From an uncultured Moraxellaceae bacterium (GTDB taxonomy: Bacteria > Pseudomonadota > Gammaproteobacteria > Pseudomonadales > Ketobacteraceae), in assembly GCA_964473645.1 (NCBI GenBank), contig CAYYPW010000032.1:665-24664 (forward strand): a DNA stretch of 24,000 nucleotides, written 5' to 3'. Below the pieces are notes generated by a model, which searched no databases, was not told where the DNA came from, and saw nothing but the letters and a program-made list of their open reading frames with translations. How positions within the stretch are numbered: the first letter of the stretch is position 1; every line of letters starts with the position of its first letter. The translations under genes and the position numbers were made by a program. Positions 1 through 9,221 of the stretch are shown here, piece by piece.

Positions 1-1287
1 CTCATACCCTGCACGCAAGTCGATGACATCATCCCAAGCATACTCGACACCAACACCATAAGCCCATGTATCTCTGTAATTTCGCGGCAGGAAAAGAGAT
101 GTCGGCCCCGCATCCCCCGGTGCTACCAACGATGCGATCCTTAGAAAATCCAATTTCTTGTCAAAATACAGATCAAACGAATCCCATACAGAGTATTCCG
201 TCCACCGCGCGTCTGCATTCACCCTAACCCGAGGAAATAATTGCACGCTGATTCCGGTTTGCACTTCATCAGGTAGTTCCATTTCTAATTTAACTTTACC
301 TTTTTCAGATGCCTGAATACCGTTTGGCAAAATTGGCAGATTTATCACATTCAAGCCTTTCCAGAACGTCTGCCAATTATCTGAATAAGAAAACTCATAA
401 TCCCCCTCTAGAGATAATTTTGCCCCCGTACGGTATGTTGCCCCCCAAGAAAACCATTGCGCCGGCTCCCACAAAACCCCCAAATTAAAAGTGGGAGTAA
501 GCCCTTTTTCTACCTCAATGGCCAATGATCCTATGTCTTCGTAAGGGCCGAGAGATGACGCACATGGATCAAATACGTCCTCTACAATCATGCATGCCGA
601 CTGCAATGAGGCCAAAATCAAATTCGCGGCACGAAGATCCATATCCATTGCGACACCTGTCCACCCGAAATTCAATGCCCCCCCCATCGCGAACGTCTCT
701 GAAATCTTCATTGCATACGCTGGATTGAAGTACCTGATATTCACCATAGTCACAGATTTACCTTGGTATCTACCCGGATCATCTTCCGACCTCGTGTATC
801 CAACTGCCAGCGGGGAGTACACATTAGTTGCTACTGTTGCCGTCCCATCTGGAAAAGGTATTGCTATGCCACCGACAGGTGCACCCAACACCGGGAGATC
901 GGTGGGGCCCGCACCAGGTATGTAAAGTATTGGTTCGCTGCTATTAAGTTTGCTCGTTGTGTTTTCTAGCGGGTCTTCAAGTTTTTCTATACTTAGCCCC
1001 GTCGCCAGAAACTCCGCCAGTTCATCTGCCGCTAAAGCTCTTTGGCCGAACTTTGTCTGCGATTCCAATTTGGCGGTCAATAAATTAATCTGAGCTGTTC
1101 TATGCTTTATCTTAACGAGCGCCGCAGGATTAAAATGAATGGCATCCACCGCCGTATAATCCGCAGTTACTGCACTACCCATTGCCATTGCCTTTGCGCT
1201 TCCAATAGGAAGGCTATTTAAAAACTGAGCGTTACAGATTGAACACTGCAACAAACTCAACATGCCCGCGGCCAGCAAAATACGCAT
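1..1287 (-). CDS. Outer-membrane transport protein, FadL/OMPP1/TodX family (3-prime end lies beyond the window)
   Basis: Minus-strand ATG at 1287 is preceded by GGGGGAAGT. It translates MRILLAAGMLSLLQCSICNAQ (signal peptide), then GSAKAMAMGSAVTADYTAVDAIHFNPAAL, the N-terminal signature of FadL-type barrels. The frame (1287 nt = 429 codons) stays open to position 1, where it reads YGVGVEYAWDDVIDLRAGYE. It is missing from the ORF track only because no stop codon falls inside the window. Confidence 0.75.
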   Translation of the reverse strand, partial: MRILLAAGMLSLLQCSICNAQFLNSLPIGSAKAMAMGSAVTADYTAVDAIHFNPAALVKIKHRTAQINLLTAKLESQTKFGQRALAADELAEFLATGLSIEKLEDPLENTTSKLNSSEPILYIPGAGPTDLPVLGAPVGGIAIPFPDGTATVATNVYSPLAVGYTRSEDDPGRYQGKSVTMVNIRYFNPAYAMKISETFAMGGALNFGWTGVAMDMDLRAANLILASLQSACMIVEDVFDPCASSLGPYEDIGSLAIEVEKGLTPTFNLGVLWEPAQWFSWGATYRTGAKLSLEGDYEFSYSDNWQTFWKGLNVINLPILPNGIQASEKGKVKLEMELPDEVQTGISVQLFPRVRVNADARWTEYSVWDSFDLYFDKKLDFLRIASLVAPGDAGPTSLFLPRNYRDTWAYGVGVEYAWDDVIDLRAGYE

Positions 1288-1473
1288 ACTTCCCCCAACT
1301 CTTATTATTCTGCTTATTCCCTTGCAACTCACATTAATACACCATTTTTATATAAATATTTTTCTTGTGAGCCGCATGCAATCTAATTGCGGATAAAAAT
1401 ATTAACACCACATTACTATTTCAATTTTAACCGAAAAAACAATAGAGATGCTTGTATACCAACACAGCTGATT

Positions 1474-1638
1474 TCAGAAAAACTCATCCATCAAAGACGC
1501 TTTGTTTTTTGATTTTTCCTCCTCCATTTTAACTGCAATTTCATTCAATTCATGGGCTTTTTCCTCTGAGGTAAATACAGACACGACTCCTATATTTGTC
1601 GCAGATAACGCTGCAAATAAAACGATAAGCTCTAACAT
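1474..1638 (-). CDS. Hypothetical small membrane protein (54 aa)
   Basis: Below the 60-aa cutoff of the ORF track. ATG at 1638 is preceded by GGGGGATGACAT. Translation is MLELIVLFAALSATNIGVVSVFTSEEKAHELNEIAVKMEEEKSKNKASLMDEFF, with one N-terminal hydrophobic helix and a charged tail. The stop (tca on plus) is at 1474-1476. I recognise no homology. Confidence 0.3.
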   Translation of the reverse strand: MLELIVLFAALSATNIGVVSVFTSEEKAHELNEIAVKMEEEKSKNKASLMDEFF

Positions 1639-1862
1639 ATGTCATCCCCCGAATGAACCCACCTTTTGTTTGATACTATACTGACACTTTGGCGTATAGA
1701 ACCTTCCAAAAATCAGGAAAGCGTCATAATGGCGCCACATGTTCCCTTTTGGCGCCAACTGGCACACGGATATATTTTGAGCAATTCTTGATATCTAGTG
1801 CCATCCACCGACCGTTAGCCAATCCAGCTTCAGCGTGGTCTGAGATTCCTACACCACGGCCA

Positions 1863-1896
1863 CACGACACTTCCAACTGTCACGACACTTCCAACT
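1863..1896 (+). repeat. Two perfect 16-bp direct repeats (CACGACACTTCCAACT), period 18 bp; candidate AraC-type activator site
   Basis: Copies at 1863-1878 and 1881-1896 are identical and separated by GT. The second copy ends on the first T of a TTGACA -35 hexamer. Confidence 0.9.
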
Positions 1897-1925
1897 TGAC
1901 ATCTAACAAACAAATCAACTAAAAT
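1896..1925 (+). promoter_or_regulatory. Putative sigma70 promoter upstream of the AraC-family gene
   Basis: TTGACA (1896-1901), an 18-nt spacer, then TAAAAT (1920-1925). It lies about 75 nt upstream of GTG 2000 and about 130 nt upstream of ATG 2057. Confidence 0.5.
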
Positions 1926-2056
1926 TTGGACGGACGACCAACCACAAAAGGAACCGAAATAAAATCTGTTCCATTTCATAAGCTTGTAGAAACTTATACG
2001 TGGGTTTTGTACAGTTCAAAAGATTGAAATGCAGCAACGGTAAGAGATTGAGTGGC

Positions 2057-3088
2057 ATGAGCTTTATTATTTCGAAAAAGGAATCAACGGAGGCTGTGCC
2101 ACTCATTGTCATACACAGCGTTGTAAAAGCGGCACACGATCTCAATTTTGAAATTGACGAAAAAGTTCGAAAAATTGTTCTGGAGTATCATTTATACAAA
2201 GATTCAAAAACATTCACAGATATTGAGCTGTTAAAGCAATTACTAGATAATTTAACAGAGAATGAGAGCTTTCCTGCAGGGATAAAAATCGGAGAAGCGT
2301 TTAATCTTGACTTGATACCTGAATTAGAAATATTTCTTTCATCATGCAGCACTCTCAGAGATGCCATGCAAGCGCTAATGATGGCCGTACAGAATTTGCT
2401 ACCATTCTATAAGATAAGAACAATAGAGTCGGACAATTATTTCAATTTGGTTGTTAAAATTTCTGATGGCCCAATGTCAAGTTACAGCTGTTTTTTAATT
2501 GAAGCACTATTTTCGTCAATCGCGAAGTTTGGAAGAGCGGTTGCTCCTGACATATTCAAGCTGGAAAAAGTTATTTTTGCCCATCGACTTAACGGTTCCA
2601 TTAGGGAGTACAGAAATACGTTTAACTCCAATGTGTTTGCGGGCAGCACATACAATGCGCTGGTGTTTCCATGCGGGTTAATGGATGCCGATTTCAAGAA
2701 CCCGATGGCGAAGTACAACAAAAAAGCGAGGGAAGCACTACAAAAAAAGCTTGAGGAATGCAAGGAACGCCAGAAATTATCAGATCAAGTGTCCAAGAAG
2801 TTTTTTTTAGCCGATGAATTAAAGAAATACAATATTGAAACAATGTCTGGACTCATGAACATTAACAAAAGAACACTGCAGAGGAGACTCCAAAAAGAAG
2901 GTTATTCTTTTAAAACAATTGCCAGCACCTCTAAATGTGAATTAGCGAAGGAGATGCTAACCCACTCCAGCGTGTCTATAGAAGAAATAAGTAAAAAGCT
3001 TGGTTTTTCAGACAGAAGAAGCTTCTCTAGAGCTTTTCAGAAAATTTCGGGGTTGTCGCCATCGAAATTCCGTAAGACTAATTCTTAG
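2057..3088 (+). CDS. AraC/XylS-family transcriptional regulator
   Basis: The C-terminal double HTH is typical of AraC: NINKRTLQRRLQKEGYSFKTI ... SIEEISKKLGFSDRRSFSRAFQKISGLSPSKFRK. The roughly 250-aa N-terminal region looks like a ligand/effector domain. The track ORF opens at GTG 2000. I place the start at the first ATG (2057, MSFIISKKE), so the start is uncertain. Confidence 0.85.
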   Translation: MSFIISKKESTEAVPLIVIHSVVKAAHDLNFEIDEKVRKIVLEYHLYKDSKTFTDIELLKQLLDNLTENESFPAGIKIGEAFNLDLIPELEIFLSSCSTLRDAMQALMMAVQNLLPFYKIRTIESDNYFNLVVKISDGPMSSYSCFLIEALFSSIAKFGRAVAPDIFKLEKVIFAHRLNGSIREYRNTFNSNVFAGSTYNALVFPCGLMDADFKNPMAKYNKKAREALQKKLEECKERQKLSDQVSKKFFLADELKKYNIETMSGLMNINKRTLQRRLQKEGYSFKTIASTSKCELAKEMLTHSSVSIEEISKKLGFSDRRSFSRAFQKISGLSPSKFRKTNS

Positions 3089-3116
3089 AGGAACGAAATA
3101 CAAACAATTGTATACA

Positions 3117-3758
3117 TCACTTAATTTGAGGATTATTCAAAAGAGAAGGATTAATGAATCCTGCGGTAAGCGTGATCCAAATAGTATCAGCGATACCCTT
3201 CAAATCATAGCGGCCACCGTGGCGATACCACGTTGCAACCCAGTTGACAGCGCCAAATCCTATTAGCCTTATCAGATTTACATCAATCCCATTTTTAATG
3301 TAACCCTGCCTCTTTAATACTGATAGATGCTTCTTCCAATATTGTTCAAAGCGATCACGTTCTTCAATCATTTCACCCAAAGCGTCTCCTTCCAGAGCGC
3401 GCCACTCGAACAACAGCACGTACACCATGTCATTTTCGGACACAAGTATTTCTAAATACGCCTGAACGGCCATACGTAAACTTTCCATGGGATCTGAAAT
3501 TCCAGCGACTGACAACTTTAACTGACGCAACGTTTGATCAATCGCAAGTCTCATCATATCTACCAGAATAGAATCCTTGCTCTTATATCTATAATGAAGA
3601 CTGCCTGGAAGCATTTTACAAGCTTCAGCGATCTGCCTGACCGTTGTCTTCTCATATCCTTGAGATCGAAACAACTTGGCCGCAATCGTCAAAACTCTTT
3701 CTCTCTCGGCATCATCTACAATGACGTAATCTCTAATTTTTTTCAAAATGTATCCCAC
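3117..3758 (-). CDS. TetR/AcrR-family transcriptional regulator
   Basis: N-terminal TetR HTH: ERERVLTIAAKLFRSQGYEKTTVRQIAEACKMLPGSLHYRYKSKDSIL. At 213 aa it is typical size. The start codon at 3758 is GTG with no clear SD; TTG at 3746 is an alternative. Confidence 0.9.
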   Translation of the reverse strand: MGYILKKIRDYVIVDDAERERVLTIAAKLFRSQGYEKTTVRQIAEACKMLPGSLHYRYKSKDSILVDMMRLAIDQTLRQLKLSVAGISDPMESLRMAVQAYLEILVSENDMVYVLLFEWRALEGDALGEMIEERDRFEQYWKKHLSVLKRQGYIKNGIDVNLIRLIGFGAVNWVATWYRHGGRYDLKGIADTIWITLTAGFINPSLLNNPQIK

Positions 3759-4230
3759 ACATTAAAAGCATACCCTCAATGCGCCTGAAACGAACAATCA
3801 TTCTGATCGAGTTGCCGCGGCGGACATTCTTCAGCCCCCCATCATGACACAAACTACCCTAACTGCTAAAGCCGTGCTTTAATTAATTGGATGACTGACC
3901 AAATAGGCTTGATGAAGCCGCACAAATCAGAAAATAAAGCCAAAGGCATATTGTGCCATAAAAAATTAAAATGTACAGGATAAAAACTATGCCAACTGAG
4001 CTCTATTTGATATCTCTAAGCGCCATGTACACTGCATGTATACTAGTATTCGATCAACTTCAAATGATCGACAAACACTGCAAAACATAACCCTAATTGA
4101 AGCCGGACATGAATGCAGTTTCAGCCTGAACCTCAACCACGACGAACAAAATCAATTCGCCGTGGATCACAGCTTTTGCGGCACCATTAGGATTAAGTTA
4201 AAAAATTAAAAATTTGGGGTCGTTGAAATT

Positions 4231-7059
4231 TTGGGTGAATTCTTGAACACAACATTGAGCACAAAACATTCCCACCGCAGAATTACGCAGAATTTTTTTT
4301 CGTTTATATTGCTAACCTTTTCTTTCTGCGCCAGCGCATCCGATTCAACTCTAAATGTTTATGAAGCCAAAAAATATTCTATTGAAAAATATGTCTCCAT
4401 TTTAGAGGACAAAAAAAACGATCTAAAAATTGATGATGTTTCATCTAGCAAATTCAGTTCTAAATTCAAAGAAAACCATAAAAAAACAATAAATTTTGGA
4501 ATAAGCAACTCCATTTATTGGCTAAAATTTAAAATAAAATATGAATCACCAACATCAAAAAAATCCGATATTAGTAAAGAATTTTACATAGAAGTTGCCC
4601 GTAGCCAATTTGAAATAGCCGAGATATATTTTGTCGATCAACATGGCAAAATCTCATCGAAAACATCTGATCGCAGAACGCCATACACCCAAAGGGAAAT
4701 AAAATATATATATAGCGTACTCCCAATTATCTTAAAAAACGGAGAAACAAATCAAATATACCTCAGAATAAAAAACAGAAACTCTTTTTACGCACCCATT
4801 ATTCTTTGGCCGCCTGAGCTATTTGCCGGAAAAATATTGCATGAAACTTTCGTTTACGGGGTTTTCTATGGATGCATGATTATCATTATTTTGTATAACA
4901 TTTTGTTGTATTTATCTATACGTGACCTTAGTTATCTTTATTATGTTGCTTTTCTTTGCTCTTCAACCGCTTTCGAATTCATTGAGCTAGGCCACAGCGC
5001 AATATTTTTCGAGAATAATCAAATACTATTTCAAGTAGAATCCACCCCTGATTGGATCTGGGCCAGCTGGGTATTTGCTCTCTTGTTTACGCGAAATTTT
5101 CTTGACATTAAGAGTCGACATCCATTTATCAATCAAGTTATAAAAGTTCTTATTATATTATCACCTATTTATATTTATTTGGGACACCATGTTAAATACG
5201 AAACTGCGCTTTGGAGTACGGTAGTTTTCTCGCTTATTCTATTATTTTTGATACCCTGTCTTGGCATATATTGTTGGCACACGGGTAATAGAAATGCAGC
5301 TCTCTTCACGCTCGCATGGATTTTTAATATGGCCGGTTTTGCTATATATGCGACTGTTGTATTGGGTATTACTCCCGCAAATTTATTTACTCTTTCCGCT
5401 ATGCCGCTAGGAACCGCTCTTGAAGCAGCGCTACTCTCATTTGTACTCGCCGAAAGAATAAAAAGAATTAGAAAAACAATATTAAACTCAAGAAAGCGCG
5501 CAGTTGAGAGTCTATCAAGGTATAGATCGGTGTTCGATAATGCATCTGCAGGAATGTATAAAATGTCTATTAATGGGAAATTAAAAGACACCAATTTATC
5601 AATGGCAAAAATGATGGGATACCCATCTATTGATCAACTTCGGAAGTCTCGCATCAATGTTGGAAAAATTTTATTTTCTGATAAAACAAAAAATTATTCA
5701 ATGTTATTGACAAACGGCAAGCATCAAGAGGAAGTTTCTTACTTGAGGATGGATGGAGAGCAAATATTGGCGATTAATAGCGCAAGTATAGCATATGACT
5801 TAAAAGGAAAACCTACCCATATAGAAGGCACCTTGATTGATATAACCGAGACAAATAGAAAAGAAATAGCACAAAGAGAAAGGATAATGGAGCGCTGGCG
5901 AATGCAGCTGGCAAAGAATGAGTCAGAAGAAAAGACATATTTTCTCAAAAAAATCAGCTTTGAAATTAGATCTACATTGAATTCTATTATGGGTTATAGC
6001 GAGTCGTTACTATTCATTAAAAACAACCCATCAGAAAAAATTGAACTATCACAGGCGGTTTATAACAATAGCAAATCTCTTTTGCAATTGATTAACGATA
6101 TACTAGATTATTCAAAAATAGAAGCAGGAAAAATGACAATTGAAAGTGTTCCTGTTGATCTAGCTCATCTAACAGAAAGCGTGCGTTTAAGCATTAAAAA
6201 AGCAGCCTCACAAAAAGGTGTGATATTTGATTTTCTGTATAGATTTCCATTGCCCAAGGAAATCTATACAGATTCAGTACGCATTAAACAAATAATACTC
6301 AACATGTGTATCGGCATAATAGAATCAATTGAAGATGGATGCATCGAGTTAAACGTGCTGCACGATAGGAAATCCGAAATTATGCAGTATTCAATTAAGA
6401 TCTATAATACTGGAGCAATTAAAGAAAAAATTGACTTTTTATTTCAAGCATTGGACGAAGATGTAAGCTTCAATTTAATCAGCAATATGGGTATTTATCT
6501 CAGGATTTCAATAGTCAAGAAGCTCATAAAATTAATGCATGGACGCATTAGTGTTGAATTTGTAAAAACTGATGAATACCTGTTAAATATTTACGTTAGC
6601 TGCAAGATGGCGGGCAGGATGGAGTTTGTATCAAACATAAACACCGTAGCTGATTCTACGAAAAAAATTGAAACAAATGACGCCGGCAAGCTAATGGGGC
6701 ATGTCCTTCTTGCTGAGGATAATGTCGTTAATCAGCAACTTATTCAAAGGATAATTCGCAAGACTGGTGCACACGTTACTATCGCCGATGATGGAGAGAA
6801 GGCGCTATCTCTTGGAAAACAGCTCACTTTTGATCTGATACTGATGGACGTAAATATGCCCCATATGGACGGCATATGCGCAACAAAGGAGCTTCGTAAG
6901 GCAGGTTACTCAAAACCGATTTATGCACTTACCGCCGAACACGACCAGGAACAAATCGATGCGTGTTTAGATGCTGGTTGCAACGGACATCTTAGAAAGC
7001 CAATTGAGATGGACAAATTTTTGGGGGTGTTAAATATGGCGTTGAAACGATCTCCATAG
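4231..7059 (+). CDS. 7TMR-DISM / PAS / degenerate HisKA-HATPase / receiver hybrid sensor protein (LadS/RetS-like architecture, probable pseudokinase)
   Basis: - Signal-like N-terminus (FFSFILLTFSFCASA).
- Periplasmic 7TMR-DISMED2-like region (NFGISNSIYWLKFKIKY), followed by about 7 TM helices.
- PAS-like segment (YRSVFDNASAGMYKMSINGK...).
- DHp-like box KTYFLKKISFEIRSTLNSIMGYSE.
- Eroded ATPase boxes.
- Intact REC domain (LLAEDN ... LILMDVNMPHMDG ... ALTA ... LRKPI).
- The start codon is uncertain: TTG at 4231, 4243 or 4255, with no ATG upstream of the signal peptide. Confidence 0.85.
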   Translation: MGEFLNTTLSTKHSHRRITQNFFSFILLTFSFCASASDSTLNVYEAKKYSIEKYVSILEDKKNDLKIDDVSSSKFSSKFKENHKKTINFGISNSIYWLKFKIKYESPTSKKSDISKEFYIEVARSQFEIAEIYFVDQHGKISSKTSDRRTPYTQREIKYIYSVLPIILKNGETNQIYLRIKNRNSFYAPIILWPPELFAGKILHETFVYGVFYGCMIIIILYNILLYLSIRDLSYLYYVAFLCSSTAFEFIELGHSAIFFENNQILFQVESTPDWIWASWVFALLFTRNFLDIKSRHPFINQVIKVLIILSPIYIYLGHHVKYETALWSTVVFSLILLFLIPCLGIYCWHTGNRNAALFTLAWIFNMAGFAIYATVVLGITPANLFTLSAMPLGTALEAALLSFVLAERIKRIRKTILNSRKRAVESLSRYRSVFDNASAGMYKMSINGKLKDTNLSMAKMMGYPSIDQLRKSRINVGKILFSDKTKNYSMLLTNGKHQEEVSYLRMDGEQILAINSASIAYDLKGKPTHIEGTLIDITETNRKEIAQRERIMERWRMQLAKNESEEKTYFLKKISFEIRSTLNSIMGYSESLLFIKNNPSEKIELSQAVYNNSKSLLQLINDILDYSKIEAGKMTIESVPVDLAHLTESVRLSIKKAASQKGVIFDFLYRFPLPKEIYTDSVRIKQIILNMCIGIIESIEDGCIELNVLHDRKSEIMQYSIKIYNTGAIKEKIDFLFQALDEDVSFNLISNMGIYLRISIVKKLIKLMHGRISVEFVKTDEYLLNIYVSCKMAGRMEFVSNINTVADSTKKIETNDAGKLMGHVLLAEDNVVNQQLIQRIIRKTGAHVTIADDGEKALSLGKQLTFDLILMDVNMPHMDGICATKELRKAGYSKPIYALTAEHDQEQIDACLDAGCNGHLRKPIEMDKFLGVLNMALKRSP

Positions 7060-7166
7060 GACTAAATCTATCAAATTATAGGGAGGGTGTTCAAAAATCT
7101 GTGTCAATCTAGGGGAGCTAAACAATTTTTTATTCCAACGAAGTTTATAACATTGCGGATTCAACA

Positions 7167-7598
7167 TTAAAATGAATATACTACTCTTACAGAATCCAGT
7201 TCCACACCTTCACTTACAAAACCAATAGCACTCCTGTTGTTTTTTACTATTTCCAAAACTTCTTGGTCAGATTTTACAATCATTGGCGGTTTGATGCCCC
7301 GTGTAAATAGTAGCCTCATCCAGTATGCCCGCGCTTCTAAGTTGGTTTTTCCTATTACTTTCTCGTAAAATTGCTTTGCAATATCACTTGTTTCTTCTCT
7401 ATTAATTGGCTCAGCAACCGTTCCATCTTTAAATTGCGTTTGTTTTTTTAGATATATTCGCTGAATTTCTTGGAGAGATAGCCTTTCCGCTGGGTTACTG
7501 ACGCTTACAATAACTAAACCGTCTGCGTAAGACACATCAGCAATCACGACAAACAATAGAAGTAAAATTTTTCCGATATTTGATCTCATCTCCGTCAT
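7167..7598 (-). CDS. Small secreted periplasmic-binding-protein-like protein (PstS/PBP-like single lobe)
   Basis: Signal peptide (GKILLLLFVVIADVSYA). The motif LSLQEIQRIYLKKQTQFKDGT resembles the PBP-like phosphate-binding-protein fold. It begins only 3 nt after the upstream porin gene ends, so the two are probably co-transcribed. ATG at 7589 is an alternative start. Confidence 0.6.
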   Translation of the reverse strand: MTEMRSNIGKILLLLFVVIADVSYADGLVIVSVSNPAERLSLQEIQRIYLKKQTQFKDGTVAEPINREETSDIAKQFYEKVIGKTNLEARAYWMRLLFTRGIKPPMIVKSDQEVLEIVKNNRSAIGFVSEGVELDSVRVVYSF

Positions 7599-7601
7599 TC
7601 C

Positions 7602-8762
7602 CTAAAAAACGAAGTCCAAAGCAAAAGACAATAGTTTTGGCTCTTCATCATAGCGGCTGCCGCTCCTGTTGACGGGCTGTCCTGGTAGATCCTTTTGAAA
7701 GTCATCACTAAAAGCAGCATATTCTACCTTGATAGCGCTATTTTGGGAGATATCGTAACGCCACCCTGCAATCCAAGAACTCTGTTCCCATGGATTTGAA
7801 GAAGAAGGAATCGGTTCAGGATAAGAGAATTTCTCCGTCTTTGAATCTACTTTTGAGTATGTCAGATGAAATGTCGAATTTTCCTTTTTTATCCCTCCTG
7901 TCAAATAAAATGCATCTTGGTCAGAGACTAATACATTTCTCGCCCAATCAACCACTGTGTATTCCGCGCCAAAAAACAAATGGTTATTTTCAAAAAAAGC
8001 ACCAACACCCATGAAATCTGCTGGCTTTTCACTCATCAGCACATCATCAGATACTTCTTCAGGAAAAACCGCACTCAACAACTCTGTTTCGTCGTTTGAT
8101 GCTGAAAGCTCTCTAGCCTTTCCATAACTCGCTCGAAACCTTAATGAGTTCCACGAAATAGATCCGGAAATTACATATAAATCATTTAAATCTACGCTAA
8201 ATAGCCTCTTTGGATCCCCAGACAAGGAGTTCTCTGGAATTGGCAGCTCCTGGTCGGCTGCTCCATAAGTAATATTTAAATCACCACTCACATTATCAGT
8301 CGACCACTCGTGCACGACACTGAATCCACCGGAAACGGAGGTCAAAGGCAGAAAATAGGTTTCTATCGGGGGACGAATCCAATGGTAGGAATATCCAATT
8401 TCCAATGATTCAGAATACTCATAGAAAGGTGTGCGGATCCTTCCGACTCTAATTGATGTTTTTTGACCTAGCTGATAAGAGGCATATGCCCATTCAATCT
8501 TCGTTTCAAGATCGTTGATCCCTCGACTCACGAACTGACTAACAAGAGTTATGTTATTTTCAAGATCCACTGACGCTTGTAGGCCAAAAATCGTGTCTTC
8601 ATTGAAAGATAAGTTATTACCATATTCCAATACATGGTCATTTTTCTTTGCTGTTATTCCGCCTGCAAATGACGCAAAACCATTTATTCTGACATTCACC
8701 TCCTCATTTGCGAGCGCTATTTCTGCACTTATACCGAAAACTATAAATAATATCTTTTTCAT
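7602..8762 (-). CDS. Outer-membrane beta-barrel porin-like protein
   Basis: The internal ATG at 8762 gives MKKILFIVFGISAEIALANEE (signal peptide). The sequence is rich in alternating aromatic/polar beta-strand patterns (YGAADQ, SGSISWNSLRFRASYGKA, IKVEYAAFSDDF). It ends in the OMP-type C-terminal signal LSFALDFVF. The track start at 8861 adds 33 non-signal residues and is rejected. Confidence 0.6.
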   Translation of the reverse strand: MKKILFIVFGISAEIALANEEVNVRINGFASFAGGITAKKNDHVLEYGNNLSFNEDTIFGLQASVDLENNITLVSQFVSRGINDLETKIEWAYASYQLGQKTSIRVGRIRTPFYEYSESLEIGYSYHWIRPPIETYFLPLTSVSGGFSVVHEWSTDNVSGDLNITYGAADQELPIPENSLSGDPKRLFSVDLNDLYVISGSISWNSLRFRASYGKARELSASNDETELLSAVFPEEVSDDVLMSEKPADFMGVGAFFENNHLFFGAEYTVVDWARNVLVSDQDAFYLTGGIKKENSTFHLTYSKVDSKTEKFSYPEPIPSSSNPWEQSSWIAGWRYDISQNSAIKVEYAAFSDDFQKDLPGQPVNRSGSRYDEEPKLLSFALDFVF

Positions 8763-8966
8763 ATTCTTTATTGGTATATATGTTTGACTCATTCGAACAT
8801 GCCAAGGTATTTTATATTTTTTACATGTAATCAGGTAAGCAGATAAGTGATCACAGATCAATACGGACTTTCTAGTGGACTCAATTCAGTCCGGGTGACT
8901 AGTAGGGGGAATGAAGATGGCGTGACCTTACCGCTGTTTGATAACTTTCACTGACCAAGAAGGAAG

Positions 8967-9221
8967 TCAGTAGTGATATCGACACTGGGCAATGATGACT
9001 GTGTCTTCAGTAGCCCTAAATACCAAACGATGTTCTCTGTCGATCCGTCGTGACCAATAGCCATACCAGTTATTCCGAAGTGGCTCTGGGTCTCCTATGC
9101 CTTCGAAGGGATGCCGTTTGATGTCCTTGATGAGTTCATTGATTCTCTTGAGAATCTTCTTATAAGTGACTTGCCAGTAAAGATAATCCTCCCATGCTTT
9201 TTCAGCCCATGCGAGGATCAT
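8967..9221 (-). CDS. yoeB: YoeB/Txe-family type II toxin (ribosome-dependent mRNA interferase)
   Basis: The 84-aa product has the family signature over its full length: AWEDYLYWQ ... KRINELIKDIKRHPFEGIGDPEPLRNNWYGYWSRRIDREHRLVF ... IIAQCRYHY. Its ATG overlaps the yefM stop (ATGA at 9218-9221). Confidence 0.92.
   Translation of the reverse strand: MILAWAEKAWEDYLYWQVTYKKILKRINELIKDIKRHPFEGIGDPEPLRNNWYGYWSRRIDREHRLVFRATEDTVIIAQCRYHY

Noticed and set aside
525-969. Three plus-strand ORFs (67, 111 and 68 aa)
   Set aside because: They lie entirely antisense to the long FadL-type reading frame, have odd composition (Pro/Ser/Arg-rich) and carry no recognisable motifs. They are shadow ORFs.
1689-1922. 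77-aa plus-strand ORF
   Set aside because: It has no SD, a low-complexity translation, and its 3-prime part is made of the 16-bp direct repeats and the promoter elements. A non-coding regulatory region explains it better.
8763-8861. The N-terminal extension of the porin ORF (8763-8861) and four similar extensions of track ORFs: 9473-9613 (yefM), 17201-17323 (fic), 20286-20348 (vWA gene) and 23521-23574 (FAD oxidoreductase)
   Set aside because: In each case an internal start gives the canonical family N-terminus or signal peptide, has a better ribosome-binding site, or removes an implausible overlap with the upstream gene.
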